Of a stretch of DNA of 64,000 nt, positions 54,378-64,000 are shown one piece after another. Below the pieces are notes generated by a model, which worked only from the letters and a program-made list of their open reading frames with translations, was not told where the DNA came from and ran no database searches. The stretch is from the human T2T-CHM13v2.0 reference genome, Homo sapiens. The translations under genes were made by a program, and so were the position numbers. The DNA is taken from the NCBI RefSeq assembly GCF_009914755.1, contig NC_060929.1, one strand, 5' to 3'. Each line of letters opens with the position of its first letter. Positions within the stretch are counted from its first letter, which is position 1.

Positions 54378-56092
54378 TCTTTCCTGAATTTTTTGTTGTT
54401 TTTTTCTTTAAGCTTTCTGATTCCTTGAATATTTCTCCTTTCACTTCTCGTATCTTTTTTTTTTTTTTTCTTTTTTCCCTTGCTTTGGCCTTCACCTTTC
54501 TCTGGTGTTTCCCTAATTAGTTTAATAGCTAACCTCCTGAATTCTTTTTCAGGTAAATCAGGGATTTTCTTCTTGGTTTCGATCCATTGCTGGTGAACTA
54601 GTGTGATTTTTTGGGGGTGTTAAAGAGCCTTCTTATGTCATATTACCAGAGTTGGTTTTCTGGTTCCTTCTTATTTGGGTAGGCTCTGTCAGAAAGAAGG
54701 TCTAGGGATGAAGACTGTTCAGATTCTTTTGTCCCATGGGGTGTTTTCCTGATATTAGCACTCTTCCCCTTTTCCTATGGATGTGGCTTCCTGTGAGCTG
54801 AACTGCAGTGATTGTTGTCTCTCTTCTGGGTCTAGCCAGCAGCAAGTCTACCTGGCCCCAGGCTGGTACTGGGGATTGTCTTCACAGAGTCCTGTGATGT
54901 TAACCATCTATGGGTCTTCAGGTGTACCAGCACCTGTTCCAATGGAGGTGATAGGGGGTTGCAATGGACTCCATGAGGGTTCTTAGCTTTGGGGGTTTAA
55001 TGCTCTATTTTTGTGCTGGTTGGCCTCCTGCTTTCCCGAGAGCATCAACTGTGGTAGTATGGAGAGGAACTGGCAGTGGGTGGGGCCCTAGAACTCCCAA
55101 GATTATATGTCCTTTGTCGTCATGTACCAGGGTGGGTAGGGAAGGACCATCAGGTGAGGGCAGTGCTAGGTGTGTCTGAGCTCAGACTCTCCTTAGGTGG
55201 GTCTTGCTGCAGCTGCTGTGAAGGATGGGGATAACGTTCTCAGGTCAATGGAGTTGTGTACCTAAGAGGATTCTGGCTACCTCTGCGGAGTCAGGCAGGT
55301 TGTCAGGGAAGCTGGGGAAAACTGGTAGTCACAGGCCTCACCCAGCTCCCAGGCAAGCTGAAGGACCAGTCTCAGTCCCACTACATACCACCCCCCACCC
55401 CCAATAACCCTGAGTCTCTTTCCAGGCAGTGGACAAGCTGGGCTTGAGAACTTGCCCCAGGCTACCCACCTCCCAGCTGTGAAAGAAAAGGGCTTGGTTC
55501 TTCCCCCACCTATGGAGTCTGCATACCAGATTTGTGCCCTTCCCTAAGTTCTAGCCAGGAGGCTTCTCACATCATTCAAATGGTTAGAAAGTTCCAATTG
55601 GAGATATCCTTCTCGCAGTGGTGTTTTCCCCCTCACTCTTCTGGCCACCCTCCCAATGGATCCCTGTGGTCCCAGGCAGGAATGACCTGATTGGAGACCC
55701 AGTGGACTCCCAAGGCCTTTCTGCTGCTTCCTCTATCCATGCATTTTGCTCAGCTCTCTAAATTGACTCAGTACCAGTTAAGGTTGGAAATTTCTCTTGC
55801 AAACAGACGTTCTTTTTCTCCAGTGAGGATGTGTGTTCAGGAGAGGAGGCTCTCCCTTTTCCACTTCCACAGTTGGAGCATTCACAGTATTTGGGGTGTC
55901 TCCCGGGTCCTGCAGGAGCTGTCTGCTTCCTTCAGAGGGTCCGTGGGTCCTCTGGGGATTGCAGGTTTGTTCTTGTAGTTGATCTGGAGCTAAAACTCAC
56001 AGTGCGAGCCTCTGCATGCTGCTCTGTCCATCTGAGTCAGAGCTGCAATCTAGTCCTGCCTCCTGTCTGCCATGATGAGCCAGTAGCTTCTT

Positions 56093-56650
56093 ATTTTCTT
56101 TTGTTATAAAATGTTCCAGCTTATCCAGTACAGTTCCAGCCCTAGGTGTGGAACCAGCTATTTCTCCAAGGAGCTCTGTTATTTTGATCCAGAAGTAGTA
56201 TTTTAAGGCTACATTCTCAATGCTGGGTCTCATTACTACTGGGTTTGACGTTGGTTCTAGACCCTTTCAGTGGACACACCAAGAAGTTTTATTTTAGGAT
56301 AAAGTACTTTATGAGATTTTTAAAGATAAAATACATAAGCCTATCTTGTCATTTCCAATTGAATTCAAGTCTACAAAATTGTATTTATCTCTACTACCTT
56401 ATATCAATATTCCTCCTTCCCAAGCTGAAAAACCCCATTGTGTATAATAACAGAAATGACGGAATATAGTTCCTCATTTGCTTTGTCTTAAAATGCAACA
56501 ATACAATTTTGAATATCCGTCATCAAGATTATAGTCACAAAAACATTTTACAATTTTGTTTTTTACATTTATTTTTGTTCTTACAGTATATACTACAAAG
56601 GCTGTAGTATATGGTCAAATTACTATGTTTTTAAGTCACTTGAATTACTT
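56093..56650 (-). mobile_element. L1MC4-like 3' UTR, continuation
   Basis: atgttccagctt...ggaaccagctatttctccaaggagctctg...tctagaccctttcagtggaca. Confidence 0.75.
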
Positions 56651-56779
56651 TTCCTCTATGTGATTATTCCATTGCAATATACATGTAGTCAATACATACA
56701 CATTTTGGTAAAACTTTAGGAAACTTCTCTGAAAAAGCTGGGACATTAGAGCCAAATTTTGAAGTACCTTATATGGCAT

Positions 56780-57260
56780 ATTTAGGTAGATTTTTCTATA
56801 TTTGGAAGTAAAAGAATACCCAATCTCTAATTGGCTTAGGCAAAAACAGAATCTCTGACTACTATAGATAAAAAGTCCAGAAATATCTCCCCCAGTCACT
56901 TGTCCTCTTTGCTCTTGCCCCAACTCTGTTCCTCTTTTTCATGTTTGGCAAAGTTTTTAAGCTTGCTGCCTGTAGTAATCCCCAGAAGGTTTGGGCCTCT
57001 AACTTCAGCATTCTAATATCAGTGAAAAATAAACTGCTTTCTTCCTAACAATTCTACACATATCTGGAGCCAAGATTTCATTGGTTCAGAGTGTGTGACA
57101 TGCCCTTCCCTAAAACAATCACTTTTGACAGGCGATAAAGTGCACCGATTGGCTTAGGCCTGGGCATGTACAAACATTAACTAAGACCGGGAGAGGAAGT
57201 TCCTCAACGAAAGTTTCCTGCGTTCTTATCAGACGATGGCAAATTAATGATTGATGATCA
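56780..57260 (-). mobile_element. MLT1K/L-like LTR
   Basis: acccaatctctaattggcttaggcaaaa...aaaagtccaga; tttcattggttcag..gtgacatgcccttccctaaaacaatcac. Confidence 0.6.
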
Positions 57261-57959
57261 ACAATAGTAAATTCCAGAGTCATTTATAAAACAGATAATT
57301 TGATAATTAAAATATATTTACGATGTTAAAGCTTTATCATCAGATTCCGCAGGTTCACAGCAACTACTGACACTGTATATAACTGGAATTCCACAGACTT
57401 TTATTGCTGGAAGGAACGATGGAAATTACTTTGTCCAAGCACTTCGTTTGTAGAGAATGGAACTAAGTCCCAGAAATTTACTACCCAAAAGCCAAAAGGA
57501 CTTCAATGCATGGGAGTATGGATAGAAGGAAATATATTCTTAGACTGTGAGCAGATGGGCTTGCCTTAGGAAGGTCCCAGAAAATCACATTTTCACTTTA
57601 TTCTCTTTTTTAACAAAACTTCTATTTTGGGGCATAATTTGGAGTATCCTTCCAACACACTGCCCTCTTCTTTGGCATAATATGAAATATACCCATCATG
57701 CTCACTGGAAGTACAGGCCTGAGTGCATATGACTATACTGGCTTTCTCCCCCTGGTGTACAGATAATAAAACTGGAGATAAACATCCATCTTTTGACCAG
57801 ACAATGAGCCAGAAAAAACATCGCATTCTCAGACAGCAAATTTTTAAACTAGGAGACACATAGATTGAAGTTACCCAAGCAATAAGATTAAATTTAGATA
57901 CTCATGGAGAGTTGAGGCTAGTAGATATGTTGAATCATAGAGAAATAAGATGAAAATAA

Positions 57960-58084
57960 GAAGAACAAGGCAAAACCATGGAGAAAGTAAAAAGATCAGT
58001 GGCTGCCAGGGGTTGGGGAGGAGGGAATAATGAACAGGTGAAGCATAGAGGATTTGAAGGGCGGTGAAACTATTTTGAATGATA
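57960..58084 (+). mobile_element. L1MC-type 3' UTR fragment, target of Tigger1; resumes at 60451-60470
   Basis: ggcaaaaccatggag..gtaaaaagatcagtggctgccagggg...ggtgaaactattttgaatgaTA[Tigger1]TActataatg. Confidence 0.85.
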
Positions 58085-60450
58085 CAGGTATACTTCTTTT
58101 TGTGCTTCATTTTATTGCACTTTTCAGATATTGTTTTCTTTACAAGTTGAAAATTTGTGGCAACCCTGCATTGGGCAAGAGGTTCAGCGCCATTTTTCCA
58201 ACAGCATGTGCTCACTTTGTGTCTCTGCGTCACGTTTTGCTAATTCTCACAATATATCAAACTTTTTATTGTTATATCTTTTAAGGTATTTTTCATCACT
58301 GACCTTTGATGTTACTATTATAATTGGTTGGGGTGCTACAAACCACCCACTTTTAAGATAGCAAACTTAATCTATGAATGTTGTGTGTATTCTGACTGCT
58401 CTACCAACCAGTCATTCCCACATCTCTCTCTGTTTTTTCTCGGGTCTTCCTACAATGGCCTCTAAGTGTTCAAATGAAAGGAAGAGTTGCACATTTCTCA
58501 CTTTAAATCAAAAGCTAAAAATGATTAGGTTTACTGAGAAAGGCATGTTGAAAGCTGAGATAAGTCAAAAGCGAAGGCCTCTTGCACCAAACAGGCAATT
58601 TGTGAATGCAAAGGAAAAACTCTTAAAGAAAATTTAAAGTGCTCCTCCAAAGAACACACAAATGATAAGAAATAGAAACAGTCTTACGATATAGAGATGA
58701 TATAGAGAAAGTTTTAATGGTCTGTACAGAAGATCAAACCAGCTACAATATTTTCTTAAGCAGAAGCCTAATCCAGAGTAAGGCCCTAACTCTCTTCAAC
58801 TCTATGAAGGCTGAGAGAGGTGAGAAAACTGCAGAAAAAAGTTTGAAGCTAAAGGAGTTTGGTTCCTAAGGATTAAGGAAAGAAGCCTTTTTTATAACAT
58901 GAAAGTGCAAGGTGTGTCAGCAGGTGCTGATGGAGAAACTGTGTCAAATTATCCTAAAGATCTAGCTAAGATAATTGGTGAAGGTGAATACACTAAGTAA
59001 CAGATTTTCAATGCAGACTAAGCAGGCTTATTTTAGAAGAAGATGCTCTCTAGGACCTTCCTAGATAGAAAGGAGAAGTCAATGCCTGCCTAAAAAGGAC
59101 AGGCTGATTCTCTTGTTAGGGACTAAGGCATTGGGTGACTATAGGTTAAAGCCAATGACTATTTACCATTCTGAAAATCCTAGGGCTCTTAAAAATGATG
59201 CTAAATCTACTCTGCCTGTGCTCTGTAAATGGAACAACAAAGCCTAGATAACAGCACATGTTTGTACAGCATAGTTGACTAAATATTTTAAGCCCACTGT
59301 TGAGACCCTACTACTCAGAAAACAGCAAAATATTTTTTTAAATATTACTGTTAGTTGACAGTGCACTGCGTTACTCATGAGCTCTGATGGAAAATACAAG
59401 GAGATTTATGTAGTTCTCATGCGTGCAAACGTAGCGTTCATACTGCAGCCCATGGATCAAGGAGTAATTTTTACTTTTAAGTCTTATTTAACGCATACAT
59501 TTCATAAGGCTGTAGCTGCTATAGATAGTGATTTTTCTGATGGATCTGGAGGAAATAAATTGGAAATATTCGGGAAGGGATTCACCATTCCAAATGTCAT
59601 TAAACTATGTAAGTATATTGGTGATTCATGGGAGGAGGTCAACATATCAATATAACAGGAGTTTGAAAGAAATTGATTCCAACCCTCATGAATGACTTTC
59701 ATGGGTTAAAAATTTGAGAGGAGCAAGCAACTGCAGATGTGGTAAAAATAGCAGGAGAACTAGAATTAGAAGTGGGACCTGAAGATGTGACTGAATGGCT
59801 GCAGTCTCATGCTAACCCTTGAGTGGATGAGGAACTGCTTCTTATGGATGAGCAAAGAAAGTGGAAACTAATTTTTGAAATGGAAACTACTCCTGGTGAG
59901 GAGGCAGTGAACATTGTTGAAATGACAACAAAGGATTTAGAATATTACATCAATGTAACCAGTAAAGCAGTGGCAAGGTTTGAAAGAATTGACTCCTATT
60001 TTGAAAGAAATTCTACTGTGAGTAAAATGCTATCTAACAGCATTACATGCTACAGAGAAATCTTTCATAAGAGGAAGAGTCAATTGATGTGGCAAACATC
60101 ACTGTTGTCTTATTTTAAGAAATTGCCACAGCCACCCAACTGTCAGCAACCACCACCCTGATTACTCAATAGCCATCTGCATCGAGCCAAGGACTTCTAC
60201 CAGCAGAAAGATATGACTTGCTGAAGTCTCAGATGATTGTTAGCATTTTTTTAGCAATACAATATTTTAAATTATGACCTGATTTTTTGACATAATGCTC
60301 GTGCACATTTACTAGACTACATTATAGTCTAAGCATAACTTTTATATGCATTGGGAAACTAAAAAATTTGCCTGTGACTAGCTTTATTGTGATACTCACT
60401 TTATTGCAATGATCTGAAACAAAACCAGCAACATCTTTGAAGTATACTTG
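58085..60450 (+). mobile_element. Near full-length Tigger1 (Tc1/mariner, pogo-like) DNA transposon
   Basis: TIRs caggtatacttc... / ...gaagtatacttg; TA TSDs at 58083-84 and 60451-52; 2366 bp. Confidence 0.95.
58455..60243 (+). pseudogene. Decayed Tigger1 transposase (CENP-B/pogo DDE, TIGD1-like)
   Basis: MASKCSNERKSCTFLTLNQKLKMI..., [29 protein letters not shown]...; multiple stops and frameshifts. Confidence 0.92.
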
Positions 60451-60479
60451 TACTATAATGACGGATCCTGTGGCAAAAA

Positions 60480-60590
60480 TCAGTTCAGTAACTTATTGAA
60501 GATTGTATATGTAGAACGTGGCTGGGCAGGAGTTTAAACTCCAACAATCTGGCTCTGGAGAGCATCCTCTTAACCACGAAATACTGTCTG
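60480..60590 (-). mobile_element. MIR fragment
   Basis: agtaacttattgaagatt...gcaggagtttaaactccaacaatctggctctggagagcatcctcttaaccac. Confidence 0.7.
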
Positions 60591-61979
60591 GGATTGGTTG
60601 GAGGCGGGAGAGTATGAAACCTTTTAGAGAAGAAACTCTGTTGAGTTCTTAGCAGCTTTTATTCCAGATCCCATAAATCTACCTAAAGTTTGGTTTCTAG
60701 GTCAGTGAGGTTTCTCTACCTAAGCTAACCACTTCCCTGCACCCAAATTGATCTTAGACTGAGATGACTTAATAGAGTAATTTTTATTGTCATTAAAAGA
60801 GACCTACATAGTATCTTCATCTGGATACAGCAAGAGCTGGTATATTTTTCCTTCAAAAGAATCATTCAAAAAAATAGCTGGGATCTCTGTCCTGCCCAAA
60901 GTGAGGATTATAATGTGTATATCTGGTTTTTGATTTTAAAGAATTCATTACCAAGTTTGTAGATACATTCCTATCAACTTTTCTATACAAAGCATGATGC
61001 ATTAAGAACTATGTAGTGGTCAGTAAATGTTTTTGGACTATATGGAAGTGCAAATCTCCTCTTTTGAAAGTCAAGAAAAGTTGTGTTTATTAGCCCTGTG
61101 GGATAAATATCTAGAATAGGATGAGTTTGCCCAATATAGTATAGATCAGTATATGTTTACTTTGAAAGTAAGTACAAGTTTCTATACTAATGACCAAGAT
61201 AAGTTTATTGAATTGTTCTCTGTGCATTGATAGTTTTAGAATCAGGGCTTTTAAAAATTATTAGTTAGTAGAATTTACTCCCAAGCAAGTGAAAGCAGTG
61301 AGTAAAGAATTAAGAAGTAAAAAGCATGGAAACTTCATGCTTTAACAGGTAGCTTCCTTTGAAAAAGTCAAATACTGCATATGATTGTAACAACAGCTGT
61401 GCTCAGTTGTTTTATAGGTTCCTTTATATCAAGGTGCAGGCAACAGAAAATTTGAGGAATTCAAAGAGCAAAATATACATGTAAAAGAATGGACGAACTC
61501 TAGAGACTGGGCTATTTAACATCTGCCTTGTATTTGGCTTAGAACATGAAGTTAGTGCTCTACTGCTCTCCAGCCATCCCCCAAACACCTCTGAGAGTCA
61601 AGTTTTACTTGCCCTAACTTCTCAGAGACGGATGGCTCCCTGTGAGCAGTAGATTCTCCAAGGGAATTTACTGATACTCATTACAATATATTAATCACAG
61701 CAGAAGCTCTGTCGGCTAAAGGAAATGGGAAAGGGGGGGTGGGGTCTGAATTCAGAATCCTATAAATCAAAGGCTTAAAAACAAAATTACAAAACTTTAC
61801 TTACATTTGTCCCTATAGGAAACTTTGGAAGGGAGATTTACTGTGTATTACTTTAACCAAAGGCCAAAGGACGAGTTCCCTGGTTCAAACATCTAACAAA
61901 CCATATTTCTTTCATGTATGAGTTGTGAAGAACAACTACAAAACTGCTTGGCTCCAAGAAGAGATAGGTACTCTTTTTG

Positions 61980-62480
61980 TGAAAAGGGCAAATATTGCTT
62001 TAACAAATACTTCCGCCGGCAGATTGTTAATGGGGCCATCATGAAGGGCTTATGCGATGATCCAGGAGATAATTGAGAAATTTGGGACGCTTGTTCTTCT
62101 CTACCAAATCTGGCTTACGTTATTTCAGAGCCAAGTTGTTGACCTTTTCTTACTTCTTTTGTTAAGCTGTGGTACCAAAAGGCTTATATATTCAAACAAT
62201 TTTAGAGAACCTTTTTACCAAGAGAAAAGTAGGGTGCTTAAATTTATTGAATACTGCTGCATTTAACCTATTTAATTGGAACACGTTAATTAGATCTAAT
62301 TGCAAAGTTGTTTTAATTGGAAAATCAAGCATTGCACTGATATTGGTGTGCATGATTAAACAAAGTAACTGAGGTCACCAGTAGATTGTATAAGATTCAA
62401 GCCTGTGATTGATTAAGTATGAAAGTTAATCAATTTAATTTATGTGATTGATGTTGATTCTTTCATTTTGAAATTGCCTG
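61980..62480. promoter_or_regulatory. Candidate homeodomain/PBX/SOX-rich enhancer
   Basis: No recognisable repeat; TAATTG x3, TAATTA, TGATTGAT x2 and AACAAAG within ~200 bp, with retained CpGs upstream. Function is inferred. Confidence 0.5.
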
Positions 62481-62849
62481 TTTGTATCTTATTTTTATCA
62501 AGATACTGTGTGTGGAATGTCAAATAAACTACAGTAACACTTCAATCTGTTTATTTTCGTATAATGATGTGTTTATTTCTGATCTAAGTAATTTTAACAT
62601 GGCTTTTGTGTCACTAATTAAGATTTTCAAGTTACTCAAGGTAAAATTAGGTTTTCTATTAAGAAAATTTAATTTTCTTGAGGAAATAATTCAGGCAACA
62701 TGGGAAAATTAACCTATTAGTTCCATTAGTAGAGTTGATGGTTTATTGCCTTAAAACATATGCCATGCAGCTCAGGAACAAAGGTGTCCCTTTTTTAATC
62801 ATCTCAGTGTCAATATGCTTCATGCTTCCTGATGACTATGAGGATAATT

Positions 62850-62930
62850 GTAATAATAATGAGAAGATGAACATTTATGTAGTACTTATTATGTACCAGG
62901 CATTGTTCTAATTTCATTAAATATAATAAC
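62850..62930 (-). mobile_element. MIR 3' fragment
   Basis: aacatttatgtagtacttattatgtaccaggcattgttcta. Confidence 0.75.
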
Positions 62931-63171
62931 TAACTTGATAATTTAAATTACGTAAAAGCATTTGCTTCTGGGAACTTACTTTTATCAAAGTCACAGTACT
63001 AACATCTTCTCATATATTAGATACTGTCTCCAGCACAGTTGCAAACATATATGGTTAAGCCGTTGCAAAGTAAAATTATTTGCCTAGGTCATATAGGGAG
63101 TAGGCCTTTGATACATTTTCATATTTAACATTGAGGAAATTGACCTAATTCATATGATTGAATCCATACCT

Positions 63172-63649
63172 TGTTTCAGTCAGGGTTCTCCATATATAAA
63201 AATGCAATGTTGAGCTACATTCCTGGCATATAATGCTGAGTTGTTGCTCTCAGCTAATGCTCCCTGTCATTCCACTTATTGTTAAGAGAGAGGTCTTTTA
63301 AAGATTTATTTTAAGGAATTGGCTAATATGATTGTAAGGAGGGTGGCAACTCCAACGTCTGTTGGGCGGGCTGGCAGAGTAGGCATGCAGGTAGGAGATG
63401 ATGCTGGAGTGTTGAGTCTGAAATCTGTAGGGCAGGTCAGCAGACTGGCAACTCAGACAGGAGTTCATGCTGCAGTCTCAAGGTAGAGTTTCTTCTTCTC
63501 CAGGAACCTCACGTTTTGCTACATCTACAGGTTAACCATGTCTATAGGTTAGCAAAATCTACAAAATGCCTTTACAGCAATAACTAGAAAAGTGATTAAA
63601 TGACTGAGTGCCATAGCCTAGATGAATTGACACAAAATTAAGCATAACA
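63172..63649 (-). mobile_element. MLT2D-like ERVL LTR
   Basis: agtcagggttctcca...agatttattttaaggaattggct..atgattgt; gaaatctgtagggcaggtcagcagactgg; ttgacacaaaattaagcataaca. Confidence 0.85.
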
Positions 63650-64000
63650 TAGCTTGACTTTATATGAATGGAATACCAAGTTGTGTAGGAGTCATGGGAA
63701 TTAATATATAATTAAATATAGTGAAACATAGATATAGCACTGTTCTGAAGCTAGATAACAGAACTAATAACTTGGTAATAGGCTTGCCGTATTAAACTTG
63801 CAGCATACATTGAAGTTTGGTTCACTGAGCAACTTTTCTAAACTTTTCTTTCTCTTCAATTTTCCAAATTCTTGCCACCTGGGGCTATGGCAGTTTTGGC
63901 CCAAAACTCATAAGCAGAAGTCTGCTAAAAAAGGGATGTTATCATAAAGAAAGCTTATTTTTCTTCCTAAAGAGAATCATTGCTGCTGCACAAAATTTCC

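Noticed and set aside
58455-60243. Functional TIGD1-like domesticated transposase gene
   Set aside because: The reading frame is broken by many stops and frameshifts; it is a decayed Tigger1 copy with TIRs and TSDs

Overview
This is AT-rich primate genomic DNA, most likely human or another ape/Old World monkey given the AluY-type and L1PA5-type insertions. It reads as intergenic or deep-intronic sequence. I find no supportable host protein-coding exon, RNA gene or CRISPR array. The ORF-track entries I can recognise are Alu, L1, Tigger or microsatellite read-throughs, and the rest look like chance ORFs. Interspersed repeats dominate: about 9 Alus, a full-length L1PB1 (48.7-56.1 kb, minus) carrying a nested L1PA5 and Alu at one shared target site, a near full-length Tigger1 (58.1-60.5 kb), and many MaLR/ERVL solo LTRs, L2, MIR, L3 and MER fragments. 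The most unusual structure is a local 223-bp inverted duplication (28174-28396 vs 30210-30432, about 97% identical, 169-bp perfect core). The second copy interrupts an L2 and is flanked by a 14-bp direct repeat, so it is a candidate templated insertion and a candidate substrate for a polymorphic ~1.8-kb inversion. Several repeat-free, motif-dense blocks (notably ~62.0-62.5 kb) look like developmental enhancers, and one unexplained CpG-retaining block lies at ~0.7-1.26 kb. Repeat family names come from recalled consensus sequences and boundaries are approximate. I see no evidence for a novel gene system.
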